Source of the DNA: Octopus sinensis
Taxonomy: Eukaryota
Direction: 5' to 3'
Assembly: GCF_006345805.1 (NCBI RefSeq)
Contig: NC_042997.1
Location: 164,176,001 to 164,240,000, forward strand
Length of the DNA: 64,000 nt
Below the pieces are notes generated by a model that was not told the DNA's origin, ran no database searches, and saw nothing but the letters and a program-made list of their open reading frames with translations. Position 1 is the first letter of the stretch; each line of letters starts with the position of its first letter. A program made the position numbers and the translations under genes. Of the stretch, positions 12,540 through 24,247 are shown piece by piece.

Positions 12540-13100
12540 TAGAATTGGACCAATAAGATTGCAACTTTGTACTTGTAACTAGTGTAACTGTGGTCTAATG
12601 GCTTTAGCTAGTATCAGAAATAGAGTTTATGGGATCAATTTGAACCAAGAGAAGTATGTGCATATGAAGGAATAAGGTGCATGCAATCAATAAATTGAAA
12701 GATAGAAATATAGTGTAGCAAAGAGAAATACCAGATTGCATTAGCAATAACTCATCACAGATATTCAGATATAGTTGGTAGTTCATATGCTATTACTAAT
12801 GCTGTATTGTGTCCAAAACACTCAACCATCAAAGGCCCAGTCTACCTAACTATAAATAATAAATACTATCAAATGGTAGAGTTTATCACTATGCAGTGAA
12901 AGCATTGTATAATTGATAAATGTTTTTCTCTTTTTTGCCTGAAATGCTGAGCTTATACACTGCTATAAGTCTGAAGAAGGTTTGGGGAATGCACCTCTGA
13001 ATATCCTCCTTTGAATGACTATACAACGAAGAAGACTTAACTGTAAACTATAGTCATAGTTATGCAATGGTAATCAGACCACGTGAATGTGCACACTCAC
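12540..13100 (+). mobile_element. Highly degenerate Penelope-like fragment with hammerhead-like 3' end
   Basis: KGPVYL and YAVK-like remnants resemble the PLE RT-EN linker. Ribozyme-like fold at 13015-13063. Confidence 0.45.
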
Positions 13101-13269
13101 ACATAATCATATATTGACATATTTAATGCAGAATAATACAAACATTTTACTTTTTGCTGTTCCAAAGAACAAAAAGGCATTCATTCAGCGAAAAATTCTA
13201 CTCTTTATTGGTATCATTTCTTTCATGAATGCATACATTTTTAATACCTAATAGCCTACCAATTACTAT

Positions 13270-14340
13270 TGATTTCCTTTGATTAGGCACACTGCCAGAT
13301 TTTACTGAGGTTGGTACAGCTGATTCAATTGGCTTACTGAGTTACTGGTACTACCCTTGAAGAATGAAAGGCAATGTTAGTTCATAAAGGGAATTGGATT
13401 GAGGCCATGGAGAAATACAACTAAATATAGTTATTTCAGTCATTAGTACAAGGCTACAGATTTGGGGAGAGGAAATAGTTCTATAAGCAGACCCCAGTAC
13501 TTGACTGGTATTTTATTTTATCAAACATAGAGAATGTAAATCAAATTGGACTTTGACAGAATTTTAACCCAATGCATTAAGAACTATAAATATAAACCAC
13601 AAATCATTTTGTCTGGCACTTAAGTCAGCCAATCTAGCAACCATTCTTAACTATTAATATTGATTTCTCATATCAGTATAATGCCACTAATCTAAAGAGG
13701 AGGAGTATAGCCAATTAAACTGATCCTACCACATGTCCAGTATATTTTTTTTATTGAAGCCTGATATATAAAGAAGAAAGTTGAGCTTAGTACAATTTTT
13801 AATTAAAACACTAAGAGGAGAAAAAAAATATGAAGCATTTTAATAATGTATCGTTTCTACTGATACTACTGCTCAACTTCTAACTAATAAATTTTACTTT
13901 ATTTTTATAATTTATTGTTATGGCTTATTCAAAAGAGGAAGAGCAATACTGTTTCCAGAACATCTAAAGACTGACTGAGAGAAAGGATGAAAGAAATCAT
14001 GAACCAAGGTTGCTCCAGCAGGAAACAGAACATCAAGATATCAAGTTGTCCTTGCAGCATTAAGAACTATAAATAAAACCCAAAAGACTTAAATTTACCA
14101 TTCTGCCACCCATTCTTAACTATTAATATTGATTTCTCATATCAATATAATGCCACTAATCTAAATAAGGAGGAGGAGGAGTATAGCCAGTTAAACTGAT
14201 TCCACTACATGTCTAGTATATATTTTATTGAATCTCTATAGATAAATAAGATAGCTGCGCTTGGCACAATTTTAAAATAATGAGAAAAAACATAAATGCG
14301 GGCAACAGAATGGCACTCAGTAACCATGCAGTAGTGCTTA
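13270..14340 (-). repeat. Cluster of old family B SINE copies including a local duplication (13574-13830 vs 14057-14290)
   Basis: Repeated GTACTTGACTGGTATTTTATT-like cores. CCATTCTTAACTATTAATATTGATTTCTCATATC..TAATGCCACTAATCTAAA occurs twice. Confidence 0.55.
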
Positions 14341-14689
14341 AACTAAGGGTGGAATAAGCCTGCCATATAGATGGTTGGATAAGTGGGCAGGTAGGTAGGT
14401 AGTTGGGTGGGCGACTAGGGTGAGTAGGTTGGTAGATAGGTAGGTTGGTATGTAAGGAAGCAGGTAGGTAGATAGCTTGGTATTCCTTTAATTGTAATTT
14501 CTGCTAGTGTTCCAGGCACTTGCTTATAATTGTGTAATAGGGTTCACTGTTTGGTTTGATAAATGAATTAATACAACAGAAATAAAATTATTAATTTGGA
14601 GTGAAGTTTAATTTTGACTTGTATTTTCTGTTTTAGCTGGAAAAACACTCTAAATACAGTGTTTATCTTTGTATATTGAGATTGAATAT

Positions 14690-16275
14690 AGAAGAGTATT
14701 CAAAGGCTGGGTACCATGAAAAAATTCAATATATACAAGAAGAAGGCACACACAACACTGGTAATTCCTCCAATTAAAATACAGATTGTACACCATCAAA
14801 ACATCATGGTTTGAGAACTCACTCAGATAGAGAATACAGGCCTGGAAGAATTGGTCATGTCAATGAATTACCAACAAAAACTCATAGACACATGCGACAT
14901 AACAATCCAACTGCTTGTAACACTGTAAATTGTTCCAATCCACTTAATCAAATAAGCGTAACAATCAACATAGGAATCAGGATGTCCTCTGGTTCAATCC
15001 GATTTTCAGTTCGCATGTTTCAACCAAGATCACAGGAAAATTTTTTTGCTGCTTTGGACAAATGTTTTCATAAATCTAATCAGTGTCATGCTATTTTTAA
15101 TCAGCACACTGTGAAGGTATCCTATGCTAACTCTGCCAATTTTGAGCAGCTTATGCAACAAAGGTTCAATAACTCACCTACTGGATCTAGCGAATATATG
15201 CATCTAAATACTAACAAAGGAGCTATAAACTACAATGAAAAACTCTAATTATGGACAATTTGTAAAAGTAGAAATACTTATGATACAGCTAACAGAGTAA
15301 CATCATCATTAAATGGAGTTGGGACTGCTTATATACAAATAAATACAATAAATGCTCATGCAGAGAAAAATCAAAATGTCCATTGATGAATTTCTGTATG
15401 CATATAAATCTTGCACATAAATATACTGTGCACACAAGAGAAGGGCTTTTTACAGTGTTTACATTGGGAAGATGGCTGATTCATTTAAAAATTGTTATCA
15501 TAATCATGTTGCCAGCTTTAAGACAATAATAAACATTCAACATCTTTGGCTGATTTTGTATGGCGACTGAAGGAGGATAAAATGAGGTACAGTGAAGCCA
15601 TACAACATAATCTCCAAGAGATATTGTCTCTGCTCTGAGGAATCCCTGTCTATTTTGTGGACTAATGAGAAGATCATTAATAGAATTTCTGAAAGACTCA
15701 TGAGATGCCTATATGCATATAAATGTACTTTCGCACAATGCAGTGAGAATGAATTTTGAGTAACTGTTAACATAATTTACTTAAAGGTATGGATGAATTA
15801 AGTTTACTTTTAACCTCCCCATTCTTACAAACACCAAGTAGATAGTTAACTCGCTTTGTGATCGTGAGTGCACCAAACCTCAAGTGTGCATATGCTCACA
15901 TTTTCGTGGATGCTTGTATGAGCGAGTGTACTCACACTATGCAGCTTGCTTGAGGGCATTTATACATTCATATTTATTAACAGTTATTTTAAATACTTTT
16001 CTCACTGTATTGTATGTTTGTTTCTCTTTTATCCATCTGTGATTTTATTTTTGATCTTCTATGTAAATGAAGGTATTTCCTCCGTCTGGCTGCTTTTCTT
16101 CCTACAAAGTGAGAAATTACATTGCAAAACTGTTATTTTAATGAGTTGTGTCTATTTATCACTCGATGAGAGATATCTGCACCACCAAATACTCCTGAAC
16201 CAGCTGTTGAGTGTCCCACCCATGAGGGATCAATGTTAGACGTGTCGAAACAATTGTCGTGATTAATAATAAATT
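14690..16275 (+). mobile_element. Penelope-like element 3' half (GIY-YIG endonuclease pseudogene plus pLTR)
   Basis: DVLWFNPIFSSHVSTKI, LDKCFHKSNQCHAIFNQHTVKVSY, VYIGKMADSFKNCYHNHVASFK and LADFVWRLKE. Ends with a hammerhead-like fold and AATAAA (16268). Confidence 0.82.
16158..16263 (+). ncRNA. Type-I hammerhead ribozyme-like motif (variant or degenerate core)
   Basis: Stem I ATCAC/GTGAT, core TCGATGA, stem II GAGATATCT/AGACGTGTC, then GAAAC-AATT-GTC with palindromic stem III. Confidence 0.6.
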
Positions 16276-17210
16276 CTCATATATTCCATCTAGATAGATA
16301 GATAGATAGATAGAAAGATAGATAGACAGATTCATACATACGAACATACATGGACGAATGAACAGATGGCTGAATGAATGGATGGAGATGGAGGAATAGG
16401 TAGATAGGGAGACAGACTGACAGACAGACAGATAGATAGATAGATAAATAGATGAGTGGACGGGCATATAAACAGACAGATAATGACAAGTAGATAGATA
16501 ATAACAGTTTGACACTAAGATAGATAATGTGTGTGTGTGTGCGTGCACACGCATCCAAGGCTGACAAAGTAAAATCTAATTTTAGCAAAACCATTAGCAC
16601 CTAGCTTTTTAAATGCAATACATAATTTAGTAAAACCCATTAATGCAAAACCACTCACAGGTTTATATATATGTGTATATATATATTTATATTCCTTTCA
16701 TTCATCGAAATCTATTTCTTCCAAGCCTTTCAAAGAAACCAATGAAGTATTCAGCAAGACCCACTCTGTCTTTTGAATATAATGAATAGAACCCTTTTGG
16801 ATAGAATACCACTGAAAGGTCAAAACCTCTCAGACCAATTTACTTGGCATTGCACAACACACCTGGAAGCTAACATTTTTACATGTAAAAATGGCAAGCA
16901 AAGTACTTGGAACAGTCAGCAGGCAAGTTCCAATCAGCCAGTTTGTTATTAAAGCTTTCAACACAACAACCAGTCAACACCCTGAGTTCAACCAATAATT
17001 ACTATTCACCTGTAGTTAAATTAAGTATTTTATTCATTCAATTTCAAAATTTCTACTGTCTCCACCAAATATTATTACTTCCTTATGATTTTAACTCCAA
17101 CATAATAGACAGGCATTTCTATTCAATAAACTTTTGTTTTCCTGTGATATCAATTTTCGCATTAGTACATTCTATTACAAACACCTCCTCCTTATCATCA
17201 TCATCATTAG

Positions 17211-17251
<41 letters not shown>

Positions 17252-17257
<6 letters not shown>

Positions 17258-17420
17258 AGAGTGAGCACATAAATGTGAAACAAGGTGGAAAAAATAGTAC
17301 TTGAATACCAGAGGTAGAGTAATATGCTTTATTAAAGGTAGCAAAAATATCACAAAAACCGTTACTCAGAGTTTCACTTTCCTGTTCGTTGCACAGTTTT
17401 GTATAGAAAACAAAACTGTA
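17252..17420 (-). mobile_element. Penelope pLTR-like short element inserted in (TA)n
   Basis: Minus strand shows a hammerhead-like fold (17355-17400) followed by AATAAA. Flanked by TA-rich repeats on both sides. Confidence 0.55.
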
Positions 17421-17477
17421 TATAATATATATTATATAGTATATAAGCATGTATATAATATAAATAATATATATATG

Positions 17478-17520
<43 letters not shown>

Positions 17521-17569
17521 AACATATATATAGTATAAATAATATATATGTGTATATGTATACATACAT

Positions 17570-17600
<31 letters not shown>

Positions 17601-17645
17601 AACATATATATAGTATAAATAATATATGTGTATATGTATACATAC

Positions 17646-17686
<41 letters not shown>

Positions 17687-17688
<2 letters not shown>

Positions 17689-18631
17689 TCATCATCATCA
17701 TTTAACGTCTGCTTTCCATGTTAGCACGGGTTGGACGGTTCAACTGGGGTCTGGGAAGCCCGAAGACTGCACCAGGCCAGTTAGATCTGGCAGTGTTTCT
17801 ACAGCTGGATGCCCTTCCTAACGCCAACCACTCCGTGAGTGTAGTGGGTGCTTTTTATGTGCCACCGACACAGGTACCAGACGAGGCTGGCGAACGGCCA
17901 CGCTCGGATGGTGCCTTTTATGTGCCACCGGCACGGAGGCCAGGTGAGGCTGGCAATGGCCACGATCGGATGGTGTTTGTTACATGCCACCAGCACGGAG
18001 ACCAGTCAGTGCGGTGCTGGGTACGGCCACGTTCGGATGGTTCTCTTATGTACCACCGGCACTGATACCACAATTACAAATTCCATTGATGTTGATCGAT
18101 TTCGATTTGATTTTTGATTTTCACTTGCCTCAACAGGTCTTTACAAGTAGAGTTATGTGTCCCAAGAAGGAAGGTATGCACAGGTGGACTGACTACGTCC
18201 CAGGGAGGGGCCACGGGTTATGGCCTTACTTGTCCTGCCGGGTCTTCTCATGCACAGCATACTTCCAAAGGTCTCGGTCTCCAGTCATTTCCTCGGTGAG
18301 ACCTAAAGAGCGAAGGTCGTGCTTCACCACCTCGTCCCAGGTTTTCCTGGGTCTACCTCTTCCACAGGTTCCCTCAACCGCTAGAGCGTGGGACTTTTTC
18401 ACACAACTATCTTCATCCATTCTTACCACGTGTCCATACCAGTGTAGACATCTCTCTTGCACACCACAACTGATGCTTCTTAGGTCCAACTTTTCTCTCA
18501 AGGCACTTACACTCTGTCGAGTATGAACACTGACATTACACATCCATCGGAGCATACTGGCTTCATTTCTTGCAAGCTTACGCATATCCTCCAGTCACAG
18601 CCCATGTTTCACTACCATGTAGCATGGCTGT

Positions 18632-18632
<1 letters not shown>
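17687..18632 (-). mobile_element. RTE LINE, 5'-truncated (ORF C-terminus, 3'UTR and (TGA)n tail)
   Basis: ORF 18226-18585 (MRKLARNEASMLRWMC..WYGHVVRM..GRGRPRKTW) is near-identical to 38296-38676. Flanked by (TA)n. Confidence 0.93.
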
Positions 18633-18663
<31 letters not shown>

Positions 18664-18667
18664 TATA

Positions 18668-18935
18668 TATACATATACATATATACAATGCATATATGGG
18701 TACAGGACATCACCAACAGTAAACAACATGAAATATGAAAACAAATGAATTAAATACGCAAATAACGAGAGAAAAAAAGGACAAATAATACAAAGAATGA
18801 CCCTTCATCAGCTGTCACCTGTCTATCTACTCCCCATTTCAAGCAATCAATAGCAATATGAGTCCTATAAATACCAAAATAGAATTTTAGGATTTATGGA
18901 GGGTCAAAGTTAGGAATAAAAGCAGGAAAGTTTAT
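18668..18935 (-). mobile_element. Penelope-type terminal repeat fragment
   Basis: Bounded by TA-rich repeats. Minus strand has GAAA..GTA..CTGATGAAGGG and a T-rich tail like the other PLE termini here. Confidence 0.4.
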
Positions 18936-18941
18936 GTATAC

Positions 18942-18990
<49 letters not shown>

Positions 18991-19354
18991 CACACACACA
19001 CACACACACACACTATATCGTCATCATCATCATCATTTAACATCCCTGATTTTTCATGCTGGCATGAGTTGGACATATATGTATATATCATATATGTTAA
19101 TGTGTATACATATATATGCATGTATGTCTCTCTCTCTCTCTCTCTCTCTTTCTCTGTATGCACACACAAGTTAGTGTGTGCATATCAGTGTCTATATGCA
19201 GGCACAAACATATACACACACTGTGATATAGAAATGTATGAGAAATGAGTGAGAATAAGATAGATGCATCAAGAGAGATAAAGAGTAATAAAGCTTAAAT
19301 AGAAACAAATACACAAATGGATCTAAACTAGCTTGATAGCAAGTGTAAACAATA

Positions 19355-19391
19355 GGCAGATGGATGAATGGAATGAGGAAGAGATGAAGGG

Positions 19392-19454
<63 letters not shown>

Positions 19455-19885
19455 GGAGAGAGAGAGAGAACTAGATGGACTGATGGATAAATAGACAGAC
19501 AGACAAATAGATTGATAGATAGACAGACAGACAGGCAGACAGATAGATAGTTAGATAGATAGATAGATAGGCAGACAGACAGACAGACAGACAAATAGAT
19601 AGATAGATAAATAGATAGATAAACAAAGAGAAAGAAAGACGGACAGACAGATAGATAGACAGGCAGACGAACAGGTAGGCAGGCAGACAGTCAGACGGAC
19701 AGGTAGGCAGGCAGGTAGACAGACAGGTAGGCAGGCAGACAGGCAGATAGGCAGGCAGGCTAGCAGGTAGATAGACAGATAGATAGATTGACTGAGACAG
19801 AGAGAGACGGATATGGTGGGTAAGTGGGTTTCAGAAGGTTGGATGAATTGATAGATGGATGGATGGATGGATGGATGGACAAACA
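19355..19885. repeat. Compound (GATA)n/(GACA)n/(GGCA)n/(GGAT)n microsatellite
   Basis: Direct reading of the sequence. Confidence 0.95.
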
Positions 19886-20169
19886 GTTGGACAGGTGGAA
19901 GGTTGATAATTAAATTGAGAGCTAAAGTGGGTATATACTTTGCGCTCACGAATGGTTTATTTATGTGTGGGAAATGGACGATGTGAAATAATGTTGTATT
20001 GGCAGTTTATCATGGCAGAAACAGAAATGAGTGCATGCAATACTTAGGGAGAGAAAGAGAGAGTTCTTCAAAGGAACTAGCAGGAAAGAAGCTACTTTGT
20101 AAACCAATGTAGCATGGTTAAAGTAGATGTTAAAACCATTTTTGAAGAAGACGATTTGTCTAGAGTTAA

Positions 20170-20545
20170 CAATGATGATGATGATGATGATGATGTTGAT
20201 GATGATGGAGAAGTAGAAGTGATAGTGATGCTGGTAGTGGTGGTGGTGGTAGTGGTGGTGGCAGTGGCAGTGGAAGTGGTGGTAGCAGCAGCAGTGGTGG
20301 TAAAGATGATGATGGTGGTGATGGTGGTAGTGGTGGTGATGGTGGTAGTGGTGGTGATGGTGATGATGTTGATGGTGGCAGTGATAGTGACAATGGTGAG
20401 ATGATGATGATGATGGCGGTGATGATGATGATGATGGTAGTGGTGGTGGTGGTCGTGGTGGTCGTGGTGGTTGTGGTTTTGGTGGTGGTCGTAGTGGTGG
20501 TGGTGGTCGTGATGATGATGACGGCAGCAACAATAATGATAGGAT
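20170..20545. repeat. (GAT)n/(GGT)n/(GGC)n compound trinucleotide repeat
   Basis: Direct reading. It is the source of the spurious poly-H/P/T/V ORFs. Confidence 0.95.
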
Positions 20546-21131
20546 GCTGACATTTGCGATGGCAGTAACAGGAAAGCTTAATGATAGACTTTGTCGACTA
20601 TATTACATTTCACCTGTTGTTTTCCGCCAACAGTCTAAGTGGGAGAGTAGAGATAAAATGGTTGACTGCAGAAGGTTTTATGGCTCATGTGTTCATGAAA
20701 TACGGCAGGCATTTCGTTGCGTCTCTGAGTAGCAGATCTTATTCTGCATGGTGTGTGATTCAGATATTCACTTCACTTCACAAGCACGTGGAGTTCTGGG
20801 GTCAATCCTTCTGCACAGCACTTCGATCAAATGCTTTCCACAATGGCTTTGACTGATAAAAACTGTATGAAATCCATATATGTGTGCATATATGGATTTC
20901 ATACAGTGTTTGTGCGTTATTTTAGAGCCCACAAGTAGACTCTAAAATATAAAGATATGAAATAAGCACAGGCATGGCTAGTTCAATCCTAGGGAGTGGT
21001 ATTTTGGGTATCTTCAACTACAGCCTGAAGCCAACCAAAGACTTGTGAGTGGATTTGGTAGATGGAAACTAAAAACAAGCCAATTGTGTGTGTGTGTGTG
21101 TGTTAATATGTACAATGGTTGTAAATGGTAG

Positions 21132-21435
21132 AGGCGCAATGGCCCGGTGGTTAGGGCAGCGGACTCATGGTCGTAGGATCGCGGTTTTGATTCCCAGACC
21201 AGGTGTTGTGAGTGTTTATAGAGCAAAAACACCTAAAGCCCCACGAGGCTCTGGCAGGGGCTGGTGGCGATCCCTGCTGTACTCTTTCGCCGCAACTTTC
21301 TCTCACCCTTTCTTCTGTTGGCCTGTTCACTTAGCCAGTGGGACGGCATCATTTGATGGCTAAAAACAATGCGAAATGCATTGTGACCAGCGATGTGTAG
21401 CAACATCTGATAGCCTGGTCAGTCACGTGGTCACG
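21132..21435 (+). mobile_element. tRNA-derived SINE (family D)
   Basis: A-box-like TGGCCCGGTGG and B-box-like GGTTTTGATTCC head, GC-rich body, and a GTCACGTG repeat tail. Confidence 0.65.
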
Positions 21436-21734
21436 TGGTGGTGGTGGTTGTAAATGAGCATCAACATCTTACAAGCAATGTTGTTCTTTTCCAGTTCCCA
21501 TCAAAAATATGTTTGGCCATGGGAATTATCACTATGTTTGGAAAAAGAGTAGAGTTGATAACTAACCAGGTATCCAGCCATAAAAAGTCTGCCTCAAGAA
21601 ATTCCATCTGATCCAGGCAAGCATTGAAAAGTGGGCATTAAATGGGGGATGATAGCTGATGATGATAACATTACATTTACAGAGAGTTTTACATTATTTG
21701 ATAATTAATATCATATCTAAAATATGGTATTTAA

Positions 21735-21953
21735 CCCTTTAGCACTTAAACCAGCCATATCCAGCCCTAATATTCTATCCATTTTATGTGCAAACCTACC
21801 AGATCTGACCTCTCATACCTACTTTACCATGTCATGCTAAAAATAACAATCACTTCATCAAAATTTCAAAGCTGCAAGATAATGCATGATTAGTTCAAAA
21901 CCATGTGAATAAGTAAGCATTACATTTGACAGAGTAAGCTGAATGCTAAAGGA
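21735..21953 (+). mobile_element. piggyBac-type MITE
   Basis: TTAA-CCCTTTAGCA...TGCTAAAGGA-TTAA. A second copy lies in the opposite orientation at 29627-29834. Confidence 0.8.
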
Positions 21954-22109
21954 TTAATATGTGTTAAGTATTAAGTTTCAAAGAAATCCACTTCCTTTGA
22001 ACCCTATCAAATATATATATAGTTGCCTCCACAGAGATAGTGGAAAATACATACACACACATAGGTATATATATATATATACACACATATATACACATAC
22101 ATATATATA

Positions 22110-22315
22110 TAGGGAGAATTCACAAAAAAAACCCAAAAGACAAAGACAGGTGGTGTAAAAAAACAAACAGATGTAATAGTATAATGCTCGGGAATTGAAA
22201 AAGTTTTTAACACTTTGAGCCTACGCTCTTCCACAGAAAGGAACACAGAAAGAAACAAGGAGAGAAAAAAAATGTGTATAGTGGTTAGCAATCTATCATG
22301 GTGAAAGCCGGACAG
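22110..22315 (-). mobile_element. Penelope pLTR-like element in (TA)n
   Basis: Homologous in inverted orientation to 23612-23862. Contains CTGTGGAAGAGCGTAGGCTC. Confidence 0.65.
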
Positions 22316-22359
22316 ATATATATATATATCTTCATTTTTCACTATCCCTGTGGAGGCAA

Positions 22360-22790
22360 CTATCTCACATTGGTGTGCAGCCACCAGCATGAAATGGTTG
22401 CTTCCATAGTATTCAATCTTTGTCAGAAAAATCATGTCAAGACCTGTCCATACTCTCTTAAGTTGCCAACCTCTGCCTCCCTTTCTATAAAGCATGCCTT
22501 GCAAGCAGATCTTGCTAATGTCACGAACCACTCTTTTAATGTAGCCAAGCAACTTGAATACTTTATTTTTGCACTTACTTAAAATGAATCCCATACCTCA
22601 TAAAATCAAGCATCTACGACACCTATGCTCTTCCAATAGTTTTATATGGGCCAGAATGTGTCAGATGGGCTTCTTGCATTATAGAAGCTGGAAATCTTTC
22701 AGAATCATATAATGCAACTTATTACTGACACCAAACTCTCAAACCATGTCAGAATTTAGAATTTAAGATCTGAAACAAATAACCAAATTA
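22360..22790 (+). mobile_element. Old Penelope-like linker/endonuclease remnant
   Basis: KTCPYSLKLP...ANVTNHSFNVAK resembles the PLE motif KCPVYLKLP..AV..CF.AVK. Confidence 0.4.
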
Positions 22791-22847
22791 CCAACAGTCA
22801 TAACTGTCATAAAATATTTTCACATGCATACATATATACCAAAATGT

Positions 22848-23047
22848 TTTTGGTATTATTATTTACCATTACACATGTTTCATTTGTTAATAGGAATTAC
22901 AAAATAGTATATGTTGGATACATTATTTGATTCTCTGTTTGAAAAATTTCTAATAGGCAATTTCTTATATGTTTATCCAACATGTACAATTTAGTAATTC
23001 CTATGAGCAAATGAAACATGCTTAATGGTGAATAAATAATACCAAAC
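22848..23047. mobile_element. Foldback/MITE with ~80-bp imperfect inverted arms
   Basis: TTTGGTATTATT..CATGTTTCATTTG..ATAGGAATTAC..ATGTTGGATA is mirrored at 22970-23047. Confidence 0.7.
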
Positions 23048-23237
23048 AATTTTTTCAACTTCCTGCTTTGATATATAATTAATTACTCTGCAAGCTACAT
23101 TTCCAAAATTTTCAAATCTAATGCATATCTCTCATAAATATAACAACTACTAGATTGTAATACTGGAATAAGCAAATGAGCTTCAAGAAGACAGAGCTTG
23201 GATTTTAATCCTAACTGCATAATAGATAGATAGATTA

Positions 23238-23270
<33 letters not shown>

Positions 23271-23401
23271 CACATACATACATACATACATACATACATA
23301 CATACATACATACATACATACATACATAAATACATACATACACAAATACATACACACACACACACACGCACATATATATATATATACATATACATATATA
23401 T

Positions 23402-23578
23402 AGGTGCAGGAGTGGCTGTGTGGTAAGCAGCTTGCTTACCAACCATATGGTTCCAGGTTCAGTCCTACTGCGTGGCACCTTGGGCAAGTGTCTTCTGCTA
23501 TAGCCTTGGGCCAACCAAGGCCTTGTGAGTGGATTTGGTAGACGGAAACTGAAAAATGCCCATCATATATATATATCT

Positions 23579-23611
<33 letters not shown>

Positions 23612-24232
23612 CGCGTCTCATGTTTGATCTTTGACCTCTGGCCGAAATCAGATCGCCATGTTGATTCGTTAGCTACTGCATGCATTTTTTTTCTCTCCTT
23701 CTTTCTGTGTTTTCTCTCTCTGTGTATCTTTCTGTTGAAGAGGTAGGCTCGAAACGTTAAAGACTTGTTTTATTTATATTTCCTGAGCGCCATACTAATA
23801 CAATTGTTCGTTTGTTTTCCACCTGCCTTCGTCTTTTGTTTATTTTCATAAAGCTTCCCGTTATATATATATATATGTATATATATATGTATATATATAT
23901 ATATATATAATATATATATATATATATAATATATATATAATATATATATATATAATATATATATATATAATATATATATATATATTATATATATATATAT
24001 GTATGTATATGTTTGGACTTGTTTGTCCCCCCCCCCACAACATAGCTTGACAACCGATGCTGGTGTGTTTACGTCCCATCACTTAGTGGTTCGGCAAGAG
24101 AGACCAATAGAATAAGTACTAGGCTTACAAAGAATAAGTCCTGTAGTCGATTTGCTTGACTAAAGGTGGTGCTCCAGCATGGCCACAGTCAAATGACTGA
24201 AACAAATAAAAGAAAAAGAAAGAAAAGAAAAG
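23402..24232 (+). mobile_element. Full-length CORE-type SINE (family A), interrupted by a Penelope pLTR
   Basis: tRNA-like head, CORE-like CACCTTGGGCAAGTGTCTT, internal (TA)n, and a 3' part ending GACTGAAACAAATAAAAG. Confidence 0.85.
23612..23862 (+). mobile_element. Penelope pLTR-like element with minimal hammerhead-like motif (23727-23763)
   Basis: TCTTT-CTGTTGA-AGAG(GTAG)GCTC-GAAAC-GTT-AAAGA. Inserted in the (TA)n tract of the SINE. Confidence 0.65.
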
Positions 24233-24247
24233 AATATATATATATTG

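Noticed and set aside
18795-18845. Canonical CTGATGA on the minus strand as a hammerhead core
   Set aside because: No downstream GAAA or closing stems could be assembled in this copy.
19961-20553. Poly-His/Pro/Thr/Val ORFs
   Set aside because: These are translations of trinucleotide microsatellites that are open in many frames on both strands.
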